The translations under genes and the position numbers were made by a program. Under the pieces are notes generated by a model. That model did no database searches. It saw only the letters and a program-made list of their open reading frames with translations, and was not told the origin of the DNA. DNA of 37,289 nt from Saprolegnia diclina VS20. Taxonomy: Eukaryota. Shown piece by piece: positions 11,034 through 22,397 of this stretch. The stretch spans positions 659,676-696,964 of the forward strand of contig NW_008246094.1 of NCBI RefSeq assembly GCF_000281045.1. The letters are read 5' to 3'. The stretch's first letter is position 1. Every line of letters starts with the position of its first letter.

Positions 11034-14000
11034 ATGGGTTGGACGCTGCCCCCGATCCACCGCAGCGGAAAGAGCAAAGGTCGCGTGCCCGACGAAGATG
11101 ATGACGACGTTGCTGTCATGAAGCACTCGGATCTGTTTGCTGATTTGGCGCTCTCCCGCACGACAGGCGCTCTCTCGCGACAGAGCCATACAGGGACGCG
11201 CGGTCGGCGCGGCGTGGCCACCGTTTTTGACGTGCTACGGCACCTCGTGCAGCCCAAATGTGACCTGCGCTTTGCCACGTCATTGTATTCGTCCAGCGAG
11301 CGGCTTCTTCCAGCGCCATCTTCGCGCATGCGTCGACAGCGAAAGCGACCGCTGCGGGGTGTGGACTGGACGCTGCAGCAACGGCTCGTGTACACATTTG
11401 ACCGGTGGATCAGCACACAGCACGGGCAAATGACCTCGCTCGTCGTGTTTGGCTTGGCGCTCAACTTTATCTGCGCGCCGTGGGTCATGCTGTCGCACGA
11501 ATTGTCCTATTCGGAAGCCGTCTGGGCGTCCTGGCTGTACCTGAGCGACCGCGCCAACCAGCAATTTGCTGTCGACACGGTTCGTCCCATTGGATAATTG
11601 CATCTGACGTGGTGTTCAACGAGTAGGTGCAGCGCATCGTGGGTGTCTTGCTCACGCTCGGCGGGTTTATCTTCCTCGACGTTGTCATTGGTGTCATTGT
11701 CGACGACATTCGCGCCAAGTTGAACGGCCTCAAGACCGGTCGCTCCAAAGTGCTCGAAGTTCACCACACCGTACATACCACATTCATCTCGTTCGCAATG
11801 TCGGATAGCTTCTTGTAGCTCGTACTTGGGTGGAGCGACCGAGCCATCAACTTTGTCAAGGAGCTTTGTCGGGTGAAACGCGGCGGCGTCATTGTCTTCC
11901 TTGTCGACGGCCCAATCGAGCCCATCGAGTACGCGCTCCACACGCACATTGCACTGTCCGACCTCGATGGCACCACAGTCGTGTTTCGCTCTGGCAACGC
12001 CCTCGTGCCAGCCGAGCTCCTCCGCGTCGCGGTTCTCAATGCGCGGTCCGTCACCATTCTTGCATCCCACGACGAAGTCGACAAGTCGGACGCAATGGTT
12101 TTGCGCACCTTGCTCTGTCTTCGGTCGCTTCCGAGCGTACGAGCCATTGGCGCGCGCTTCGTAAGACTGACAAGTGCGTAGTGGGACGGTCCTATTGTGG
12201 CCGACGTTGGTGACATTGACAACAGCCCGCTCCTCCAGCTTGTGGGCGGCCCCAAGTTTCACTCGGTCATCTCCCAAGACCTCGTCGGTCGCCTCTTGGT
12301 CATGTGTGGCCGGTCGCCCGGCCTCGCCAAAGGTGCGTTCTTATAAAATCTTGTCATTCGAAGGGCCAAGTATGTCGAGCAGTCTACGAAACCCTTCTCG
12401 GGTACCGCGGCACGTCGCTGTTTTGCGAGCCCGCGCCGGCGGCCGCGTGTGGCGTGGCGTTCGGACACCTTCAGAAACACCTGTGCGACGGCATCGTGAT
12501 TGGTCTGCAAGAGGCGTCGGGCGCTGTGCTACTGAACCCACCCCTGCTCCGCCCGGTGCGCAACAGAAATTGTATGGCTCAGCGATGGCATAGTTGAGTA
12601 GGTATCGCCAGGCGAAAGCTTGATTGTGCTGGCCCACACCAGGAGAGGTTTCAAGGTCGAGGTGAGCCCGGTCGTCGTACCCGAGCTTCGACCCCACACG
12701 CGGGACCGACGCACTTCGACCGTTGTCGTCAAGCAAACCATTCTCATTTGCGGGTGGCGCCGGGACCTTCGCGATATGCTTGTGAAACTGGACGAACTTT
12801 GTCCATTTGGCTCGGAGGTGCACCTTTTTAACGAAGTCGACACCAGGACGAGAACAGAGACGCTCTTGGAAGCCGGCTTGGACACGGCGCGTTTGCACAA
12901 CATTTCGCTTGTTCACTGGACGGGGAATCCCGCGATTCGCCGGCACCTCCGAAGCATTGTCTTGGCGCAGTACGACTACTTTATGGTGGTCACGGACATG
13001 GCCCGCGAAGACGATGTCTTGGCCTGCGACTCGCACGTGCTCGCGACCGTCCTCCTCTTGCGCACGGAAGAGGCTTTGCAAGCTGCGCGCCACGGTGGCG
13101 TCGGCAGCAAGAAGCCGTGCATCGCCGAAATCCTCGACCCGCGTACGCACAAGACCATCAGCCACAACAGCAACATTCGCGAGAGCGCCGACTTTGTTCA
13201 CTCGACAGCACTGGTACTCTCTTTGGTACACGCATCGAAGACGCATGGAACTTGACGATAGGTCACGTGCGTGCTCGCCATGATTGCGCACAACGCGTCG
13301 CTGGAGCCGATTCTGAACGAGCTTCTCGGTGGCCACGGTCCGTCGTTTGATATTGTGCCAGCCTCCCGGTACGTAGCGACCTTCATGCGTGGAAACCCCA
13401 AGAGCATGTTGTGCAGGTACTGCGGCCCGCGCGAATTTTTGTCTTTTTTCGAGCTTGCTCAACGCGCGCAGCAGCTCCAAGAGGTCGTGTGTGGCTACCA
13501 GAGCTTGGACGCAAACCAGACCATTCTGAATCCGGTCGAGAAGCAGATCCCCAAGGCATGGGAGCGCTCGCGCATCATTGTCCTCCGAGACACACAGTGG
13601 TCGCATTTTCGAAAGCACGTCGGAACGCTGGTTGTAGCCTGCGATGCGTTTTACCAAGCGCTGCGTCGGCGGCACTGCCGGCTCCTGCTCGAGAGTGAGA
13701 GTACCAAGTCGATGTCTGGACCGTTGCGCCGGCAGCCGTCAAGCTTGCGGCCACTCGCCGAAGACGTTGTCAGCGGCACCGACGACTTTTCTCCTACTGA
13801 CAACAGCATTGACGCGATCGTGTCCAGTCGCATCGGCAGCTGTCGAAGCGTCTCGCACCGGAACAGCGCAACGTCCGAGTATGACGACGACGACGCTGAC
13901 ACGAGCGCTATGGGGCGCCCGGCCTTCAACTTTTGCGCGTACCGGCAAGCGATTGCCGCGCGGGAAGTGCGCGAGCTCAAAGAATTCAACGCTAATCGGC

Positions 14001-14692
14001 TAAGTAGTCGAAAAGCGAGCAAACTCTCGGTGCTCGAACTCGTGGCGACTGACACGGTGCTCCAAGAGTGCCACCGCGACCGCCGGAGCACGATCGCCGG
14101 GTCGACGACGATGCTGCTGCCGCCCGTGCACGGCCACCGCGGCAGCGTCGACATGGATCTGACCTTGCACAACCCGCTCACGGTGCTGAAAGCCCAGCGG
14201 GAAATGCGCCGCACGAGTCTCCACCACGTCTCGGCCGTCCCCAACCTCTTGGATTTGGTCAACTCGGACGCATCATTTCGAATGGTAGACAAGAGCCCTG
14301 GTCCAACCTCACCGGCGCTGCGTATACACGACACACAGCTGCCGACAAGAACGCTGCTTGTCGACGGTACAAAAGAGCAACATGACCACCGCCATCCCCT
14401 CGGAGCTCTGGACGAGGCAACGCAGCGACGCATGGGCTCCCATCGCGATCCATTGCCACACTTGAGCTCCCACCATTCGCTGCTGCGAACTCTGCCGCTC
14501 GATATTGAACTCGTACTAGCCCAGTTGCAGTCGCTACTGGAGAAACGAAAGGAGTCAGCGACGACGAGTTGTCCCGAGGCGTCATGTGGGGATCTGCCAG
14601 CAAAAGTTCGTGCAGTGCCGCCCCCACCCCCACCCGAAACCAACCAACCGCCGGTGAGCGAGGTATTGAAGGACGGTAATTCCGTCCTCTAA
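11034..14692 (+). CDS. CASTOR/POLLUX/DMI1-like cation channel (2 TM + pore + tandem RCK domains) with long low-complexity C-tail; ~1108 aa, 8 exons
   Basis: Introns at 11580-11626, 11771-11818, 12137-12181, 12333-12382, 12556-12601, 13214-13261 and 13369-13416 (spliced 3327 nt). Family-like motifs: EAVWASWLYLSD, LKTGRSKVLEVHHTLVLGWSD, VVFRSGNAL...ARSVTILA...DKSDA, DIDNSPLLQLVGG, GRLLVMCGRSPGLAKVYETLLGY, ILICGWRRDLRDM and IAEILDPRT. Confidence 0.88.
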
Positions 14693-14761
14693 CACAATAT
14701 AATGCGTGGTCCTTCGTCCCTAGACCCAATTGCACACTTTTTGTTTTTAAGAGTTTTGGGG

Positions 14762-16085
14762 TTAGGGTCGACGTTTGGTTGACTCAGAGAGCGTTGGCAC
14801 GCGCGTGAGAAGCTTGCAATTATCAAACTGGCGCGACTCACCCTTGACGTATTCGGCGAGGGGATCGATGCCGGAGAAGGATATAAACTGGTCCATCGTG
14901 CGCTCTTGGCCCAAGCCAAAGCGGCTCAACTCGGTGCGGTTGACGTCTTCCAAAGTCGTAATCGGCAGTCCGAGCATCGCGCGCACGCGGCGCTTGGACG
15001 CTTGCTGCACAAAGTAGCGCGTGTCCCAATCGCGCTCCCAGACCACATGCCGGTGCTCGTACCAATGGTACACAATGTCGACGCGTGGCGCGTACATATC
15101 GTACCTAGTTTCAATCTATCAAGCCTTGTCCAGATAGAAAGGACCCTTGCCCGTGCGTAAAGAGGCGCGCGGCCATCGAGTACTCTTCGCCGTGAAAGAG
15201 GTACGGCGTGAACGGGTCGTTCCGGACCCAAACCGCGTGGGCGGCGAGGCCAAAGTTGAAGCCGCCCGCAAACTGGGCAATGAGCCGCGGCGACGACGGC
15301 GACAATAGCGACCAGTCTTGGTGCGGTGCACTGTACTGCACCATCGCATCTCCGTCGTCCGTCTCGATGCGCGCGTAGCACATGACAGACATGGAGTAGA
15401 CGCCAATGGCATGCAAGAGCCGGCCCATGAAGCGCGTCGCGTGGTCGGTCGACTTGGGGTACGTTGTGAGAATTGCAAACGGATTCTGCACCGCGTCCCA
15501 CTCGGCCTTGAGGAGGACGTCCCAGTGATGGACAAATACAAGGTGTGAGTCAATGCCCAGTGCAAACGCGTCGACGCGGGCGTCGATCGCGGCCTCGGCG
15601 ACGTACCGCGCGCCGGTGGGGCCCGTGGCTTGGGCTGCGTCCATCGAGACTTGGTGGCGCAGCGGCGCTTGCTGGCAGATGGCATTGCCCACTAGTTTGC
15701 AGTACGTATTGAAGCAAGAGGCCTCGTTCGGGTACACTTGGTCGACGAGGCTGATCGCGACCAAGTCGGGCCGCGCGGCCTGCGTAAAGAGCGATCGCAA
15801 GGTTTCCGCGCAGCGCGCCGAGTCGCGGTAGTTGGCCAGTAGCACGATCGTGTGCCGCACGTCGTTCTGAACGTGGATGTGGTAGCGCACCGCCGTGACG
15901 AGCCAGAGGACGAGCACAAGTACAACGCATGCGACAATGCGCTGGCAGCGCCGCCGGTACCGCACCGAGTTGAGCACCAGCCGCGCATACCGCCGCAGTC
16001 GATGCGCTGCGCGGTGCTCTCTCCGCGCGTTGGTCAGCGGCAGCGAGCTCCCGTCGTCGTCGCCGTCCACGTCGTCGGGCTGCAT
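14762..16085 (-). CDS. Type II membrane GlcNAc transferase (GT60 / Skp1-hydroxyproline or polypeptide alpha-GlcNAc-transferase-like); ~425 aa
   Basis: Basic N-tail and TM (IVACVVLVLVLWLV), followed by LANYRDSARCAETL, ATGPTGARY, GIDSHLVFVHHWD, AILTTYP, QFAGGFNFG, DPFTPYLFHGEEYSMAARLFTHGYDMYAP and IVYHWYE. One intron at 15105-15150 (GC donor) or 15105-15144 (GT donor). Convergent with the RCK channel gene, with a 69-bp gap. Confidence 0.85.
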
Positions 16086-16861
16086 GGCCAATAAACCAGG
16101 TGCTGATATCGCGATCCTTTGGTCGCCGAGTCCGAGTCTAAACCCACGCAACATTGCATTTCGGCGCCAAATAAAGACCAGTGTGATAGCAACCGTTCGC
16201 GTTGTACACCTACACCCTTATATGCACATGACGGTGTGTATACGAGCCCCCTTGTTTGGTCTCGTGGTCGATACGAGATGGATACCAGCTTCCTACTCGA
16301 TTGAAATAGGGCTTCATGACCATACATCGTATACGGGCTGGGTTCCGTTCTCTCACGCTTGCTGCTGCCATCAATGACAATAAAAGGAGTCTCAACATGG
16401 AGCAGCGTCGGAGTCTGCTCTACAACAGTGTGTCCAACGCCTTCAGATCCCAAAACAAATAGCAAAATATGCGATAAAAACACACCACTTGCCATCAAAG
16501 TTCGCTGTCCTGAAACCACAGCATCGTACAACTCTTGGCGATCGCTGCACGGCCCACCTGCACGAGCATCCGTCTTTCGTCGATCTGCACTAGCATGTTC
16601 GCTGCGCTCGTGCGAGTAGGGCTCCTGCATGTGGGTGGAAGTTTGCCGCGCGATGTGGTCGCGTGCAGTTACTGTAGAGCTGTCCATCGCGTATCCGGAT
16701 CTATGCCGTATAATAATAGCTTGCCGGCATTTTATTGTTTTCATGACGTTGTACTCGACATTGGTAAGCACAATAAAACCTTTGGTATTAAAATGTCCCG
16801 GCACGTAGAAGCCTGGGTGTGTCACCCTCGTGGCGAGAGCCATTTTCGGTTTGGCGACAAG

Positions 16862-18346
16862 ATGAAGTTTGGGACGCTCGTCGACTGCGCGGACGACCAG
16901 GGCTGTCTCTGGATGGGCAAAGACGGCGTGCCAGTCTCGGGCGCGCGCATGCTCTCGGAGGCCATGCTGCGCTTCCATCGCGGCAACGACTACACAGAGG
17001 CGAAGCGCAACCTGCAGGCCCACATGGACTACATCCAAGGTACGACTTGGACCTGCCGATGCGATAATGAATCCTCATGGGCGCGAGTAGATGTCTATAC
17101 GCACGCCAACACGCTCAACCACCGACTCACGATGACGCTTGGTCTCAACCCGCGCCACTTGCTCGAGGATACAGCGGGTATGGGCCACCCCATGGACGCC
17201 GTCCTGTCCAACATGATGGCGATGAAGCGCGACTTGACGTATCGCCGCCTGGATACGACGCCGTCGTCGTCGCTCACGACGCTTAATTGGTGCACGACCA
17301 ACAACCCAAAGGGCCGCAGCGTGTGTGCGGACGTCAAGAGCCAACAGCTCTGTGGCTCGTGCTGGGCGTTTGCGGCCACGGATGTGATCGAAACCGCAGT
17401 GTCGCTCGCGACAGGTAGCCAGCCCGTGTCGCTCTCGTCGCAGCAGCTGCTCTCGTGCAGCGTGTCGAAGGAGATTCGCACGTATCAGTACTGCTTTGCC
17501 AACTCGGGCGCAGTCCCGACGTGGTTGCAGACAGAAATGAAGTGGGACTCGCAGAACCAAGGCTGCAACGGCGGCATGACGCACATTGCTCTGGACGACG
17601 CTGCCAACAAGATCCTCAACCTCGCGTCGCGCATCGACTGGCCGTACGTTGATGACACGACATCGAGCAACAACCCGAACGCGCCCGTCGGGCCGGCCGC
17701 TGGGAAGCGCCGTGCGCTCACCAACGACCAGCGGTTCCTTGCGACCAACGGCACCTCGAATGCCGTCTCACAGTACAACACGTGCACGGGAAATCGCCCG
17801 GCTAACTTTACGGCCGCGCACATCACGGGCTGGGAACCCGCACTCAACGCGACGTCCTGCGCGACGACCAAGGACCCGACGACGCTGCTCAAGAGCGCGC
17901 TCGCGCATGGCCCGTTGGCGGTCGCTCTGAGTGCGAAGGGTGCATTCAAGTCGTTCACTGGCGGTGTGTACACGTGCCCGGCGATCACGTCCTCGGACAT
18001 GATCGACCACGCGCTGCTGCTGGTCGGCTACGACACCGGCGCAGACGGCGACTATTGGATTCTCAAGAATTCGTACGGCGTCTCATGGGGCCTCCAGGGC
18101 TTTGTGCACGTCAAGACGGACAACATGCTCAACTGCGGGCTCAACGTGTTTCCAATTCGCGCGATCGGTGCGTCGGCGGGCCCCGCGGCCAACATCACGG
18201 TCGACGGTGGCGGCTCGCTGAGCTTTGGCGGCGCGTCCATGGGTACGTGGATCGCGATCGCGTGCGTTGTCTCGGCGATTACGCTGGCGCTGACGATCGC
18301 TGGCGTCATCGTCTCACGCAAGCGCATGCAAAACATGCACACGTAG
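16862..18346 (+). CDS. Papain-family (C1A) cysteine protease with C-terminal TM anchor, copy 3; ~477 aa
   Basis: Start MKFGTLVDC by homology to the other copies. The in-frame, stop-free 51-bp intron at 17040-17090 is read through by the ORF track. Motifs QQLCGSCWAF, DHALLLVGY and WILKNSYG; TM WIAIACVVSAITLALTIAGVIV. Confidence 0.9.
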   Translation: MKFGTLVDCADDQGCLWMGKDGVPVSGARMLSEAMLRFHRGNDYTEAKRNLQAHMDYIQGTTWTCRCDNESSWARVDVYTHANTLNHRLTMTLGLNPRHLLEDTAGMGHPMDAVLSNMMAMKRDLTYRRLDTTPSSSLTTLNWCTTNNPKGRSVCADVKSQQLCGSCWAFAATDVIETAVSLATGSQPVSLSSQQLLSCSVSKEIRTYQYCFANSGAVPTWLQTEMKWDSQNQGCNGGMTHIALDDAANKILNLASRIDWPYVDDTTSSNNPNAPVGPAAGKRRALTNDQRFLATNGTSNAVSQYNTCTGNRPANFTAAHITGWEPALNATSCATTKDPTTLLKSALAHGPLAVALSAKGAFKSFTGGVYTCPAITSSDMIDHALLLVGYDTGADGDYWILKNSYGVSWGLQGFVHVKTDNMLNCGLNVFPIRAIGASAGPAANITVDGGGSLSFGGASMGTWIAIACVVSAITLALTIAGVIVSRKRMQNMHT

Positions 18347-18938
18347 TGTAGTGTACTAGTGTAGATCGTCCAAGAAAAGCGAAGCACCTTTGTATCTGGT
18401 TTTTCGAGTTTGCTTTTGCCACCCACTAGGTTGCAGACGAGTAGAAGACAGATTACACAACGAGTGTGTGTCGTGGCAAGTCGAGAGACTTTGAACAATC
18501 CACAACGTTGCATGGCCCTCTACCGAAGTCCGTCGGTCCGCCGCTGCTTCAAACCCATGTCCACCTGTCGACGCCGGCGGTAGCTTTTGTCACGATGGCA
18601 ACTTGGTCCCGTCTGCCAGGTCCTCGCCCAAAACGGCGGCGACGGGCGGCTTGCGGCTTTGCACAACGACGCTGCAGATAGTTTGGACGAGGAAGCAGCC
18701 GTACGCACTGCCAGTGCTCGCGGCGATAGCCGCCGAGCGACCTCGATCCGTGCGAGATCCAGCCGCCGTGCTGGTGCTGTAACAGCGTTACACCTCTCAG
18801 CATGAATCCCTGTCAATCATTTATGTATCAGATTATAGAAATTAGGGAACTCTTGGTCTGGAGAAAACCTCTGTCTTTCGATTGGGTTGGAGCCCTCATG
18901 CACGTTAGCGCGACATGCGGCATAGTTGAATATCCTCG

Positions 18939-20396
18939 ATGCTCGACAACTACTCGTTCGGGACGCTGGTCGCGTGCGACGCCGACTGCCGCTGGGTCGG
19001 GAATGGCCGCCGCCTTGTGTCCAGCGAGCGCATACTGCACGAGATGCTCGCGATGCACCACCGCGGTGACGACGCCGCGTACGATGCGGCCAAGCGCAAC
19101 CTCCGCGCCCACATGGCCTACATGGAAGGTATTGATCGTCCATAGTGCCGCTCTGCAGATCAAGTTAACGTTATGGTAGAGGTCTATTGGCACGCCAATG
19201 CGCTCAACCACCAGCTCACCATGAAGCTCGGGCTCAACCCGCGCCACTTGACGGACTCGGATGCCAAGACCGACCCATTTCTTGTCGCGCGGACGAATCT
19301 CATGCTGTCCAAGGCGCCGTCGGTTCGTCAGCTCCAGTCGACATCGCCAACGCTGCCAACGTCGCTCAATTGGTGCTCTACCAACAACCCCAAGAAGCGC
19401 AGCGTCTGTGCAGAAGTCAAGAGCCAAAAGTCCTGTGGGTCGTGCTGGGCGTTTGCAGCATCAGATCTGATCGAGACTGCTGTCGCGTATACCACGGGGA
19501 ATGCGCCGGTCGCCCTCTCGTCGCAGCAACTCTTGAGCTGCAGCAAGCGCGCCGAAGTGCACACGTACAACTACTGCTTTGCGAATTCGGGGAACGTGCC
19601 CAAGTGGCTCCAGCCGCGTATGCCGTGGAGCTCGCAGAACAACGGCTGCGACGGCGGAATGACGCACATTGCTCTCTCGGAAGCGGCGACGCGGATCAAA
19701 AACCTTGCCACGCGCCTTGATTGGCCGTACGCCGAGGACAACGCCGCTGCCTCCGGGGGCGGTCCCGTCGGCCCCGTCACCCCCAGTAGCACCAATGGGC
19801 GGCGTGAGACGCCAGCTGCCGGCTACAACACGTGCGGGTCCTTGCGTCCAGACAATGCAACGGCCGCGCACATTTCGGGATGGGAGCCGGCTCTCAACGA
19901 GAAGAGCTGCACCGACACAAAGGACCCGGCGGTACTGCTCCGACGCGCCCTCCAGACGGGCCCGCTTGCAGTCGCAATCAACGCCCGAGACGGCGGCTTC
20001 AAGGACTACAAGAACGGCTTGCACATTTGCCCGGATATCACGCAGCCGAGCATGATCGACCACGCGCTCCTCCTCGTGGGGTATGACTCGGGTCCGAGCG
20101 GCGACTATTGGATATTGAAAAACTCGTACTCGACGCAGTGGGGCCTCCAGGGCTTTGTGCACATCAAGGCCGACGATCGACTCAACTGCGGTCTCAACGT
20201 GTTTCCCATCCGTGTCCTCGGCGCGTCGGCGGGATCGGCGGCCAACGTGACGGTCGACGGCGGCGGCGACTTGGACTTCGCCGGCCTCTCGTTTGACACG
20301 TGGATCATTGTGGCGGCAGGCGTTGCCCTCGGAACGCTCATCCTTACTGTTGCAGGTCTTGTCGTCGCCAAGACACGGATGCGTCGCCACTACTAA
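18939..20396 (+). CDS. Papain-family (C1A) cysteine protease with C-terminal TM anchor, copy 4; ~468 aa
   Basis: Exon 1 MLDNYSFGTLVAC..., intron at 19129-19179. Motifs QKSCGSCWAF, DHALLLVGY and WILKNSYS; TM WIIVAAGVALGTLILTVAGLVV. Confidence 0.9.
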
Positions 20397-21135
20397 TTCC
20401 ACTGTCATTTTGCTGTATGGTCTCGCGCGCAAAGGGCACATCATTGGCGGTTGGCGGGCGCAGTCGCCTAGTATGCTTCTGGATGGCGATTGCGTCGGTT
20501 CGACGAACTACTGTCGACTTCCGCAGTTGAGCAACGACGTCCTCCTGTACCTATAACGCTCCTTTGTTCGTCATAGCGCACAAGATCTCGATGCGCTCAC
20601 CAGTCTTGGTGCGCAACTAAAGTGGAGCACGGTGAATAGGTTCTTGTCGAGTGGATCAGACAAGCCAAATATGTATAGCGCCGCACAGAAACCGTTATGT
20701 TGTACAAGCCCATTGCCAGGCTGCGAAAGAGGTGGGCATAGAGGGTCCTCTGGTATTGATGCGACGGACACAACATAGCGTGCACGCTTGAAAGAATTCG
20801 CACCATAACCAGATCGTTTTCGAAGGTTATTGTCCGGATAAAGCGTACGTGGCATTCCGATATGCTCGTATAACCGGATCTAGTTGATCTGAAGGCGTGT
20901 TTTCCAAGCCTGTCCTCGGTCGAGCTGTCGACGGACCGCCACACACATCGCCTACCATTCTCTCCAAGGCGACTCGCGAAGTCTTCCGTCAGCGCGGTGG
21001 GCCTCCTCGACTCTATCTCGTGCAACTTGGTACTTGATGCACCAACATGATCGTCGTCAACGAGCAAGCGAGTATCAATGATCTGGTGGACAATATAATT
21101 GTATAAAGCGCCAAGTAGAGTCGAGGTGAGGACCG

Positions 21136-22397
21136 CTACTGAGGCGGCGTCGCGAACGACACGCCTAGCGTCGACAGCTTTTGGCAATAGTTGTCGAGGA
21201 TCTCGGCTTCGGTCGTGCCGAGCTGTTTCACGGCCTTGATGCGCCGAAGTTGCTCCTCTGAAAAGCCCAAGAGCGTCTCGGTCTTGGATTGCATCGACGT
21301 AAAGCTGACACCACAGTGCCGTCGAACTATGCACACAAAAATCACCGATCGGCAAGTGCTTTGCTCCTCGTACTTTCGAGGCTGGCTTGGATATCGTGGT
21401 CGCAAATACCCAGCTTCTTCATGCCCTTTTCAAGGCGCAAAAGCTCTTCGTTGACGCCGAGCTTGTGCATCGCCTTGTCCTTGTCCATGAGACGGGGCAT
21501 CGTGCTGGAGCGCGTGAGCATCGGTGGGGCATAACGCGGACGGGGCGTCGCCAGCGCCGAGACAAGGTCGCCATCATGCGACTGGGTGCTGGCGAGTCGC
21601 TCGTGGATGGACATGTAGTAGTTGGGGTCGCTGAATCGCGGCGTCTTGCGAGGCGTGTGGTGCGATATCTTACGACTGCGCGGCGAGCTACTCACGGTGT
21701 GCGGTGTCGTTGTCGATTCGCGCGGCGTTGTTCTCGAGCCTCGTGGTGACAGCACTGGGTCGCCACTTGCAGCCGATTCACACAGCAGGGTGCTACAAGC
21801 GCTGAATAAGCGAGCCATCTTTTGCCACAAGAGCATGTGTACCTGGACTCGACGGTCAGCGCGGGCGATTGCTCGGTGGTCAGCGGCAAGATGACGCCGT
21901 CAGTCACTTCATTGCGCACGGACCGCGGCGTTCGCATTAGCTTGACGGGTGCTAACTCCACTTTCGAGTCGCACGATGATAGCACCAGTGCACTGCGCCC
22001 CGACACTGGTAATCTAGACATACCCTTGAGCCAGAATCAAATCGTTCAACAACTCAATACGCCATTGTCCCATAGGTCCGCGGAGACAAGAGCGGAATCG
22101 TGGGCAGTGGGATCACCGGGACGGTGTCATGCACGACGTAGCTGGACTCGACCGTGGGCAGTCGGTCTGTGGGACCTTCATTGTGGATCTGCAGCAAGGT
22201 CACTGATGCCAGGTAATCGTACAAGCTGTCATACGTTTGGTGCCACGAGGACAGCGGCACTTGCGGCGCGGGGGATCTCGGGTCGCAGAGTCATAGCGGC
22301 CATGTCGCGGGCACTCGACGTTCGTCGGGCGGGAGTGTGCTGGTGCTCGTCGAGCATTATTTCTGCGAGTGGCTCGACGTCTGCCAACGCCCACGGC
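21136..22397 (-). CDS. Hypothetical protein: S/T/P/R-rich region plus C-terminal K-x3-LG repeats; 5' end unresolved
   Basis: GT-AG introns at 22189-22234, 22014-22060, 21793-21842 and 21305-21345 link five ORF pieces in frame to the stop at 21136. An acceptor-like site (ttatag) at 22398 suggests further upstream exon(s) that I could not place. Confidence 0.65.

Noticed and set aside
12341..14643. 444-aa and 330-aa minus-strand ORFs
   Set aside because: Antisense to the RCK channel exons; no motifs.
16535..16861. 109-aa in-frame N-terminal extension of protease 3, with a mildly hydrophobic stretch that could look like a signal peptide
   Set aside because: Non-ATG start, AT-richer composition and no counterpart in the three paralogs. 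Homology begins at ATG 16862. It cannot be fully excluded without RNA data.
16034..17038. 334-aa minus-strand ORF
   Set aside because: Overlaps two real genes at its ends, with no domain or consistent codon bias.
20571..21130. Open frames in the gap between protease 4 and the hypothetical gene
   Set aside because: No recognisable motif, splice pattern or coding bias; treated as UTR/intergenic.
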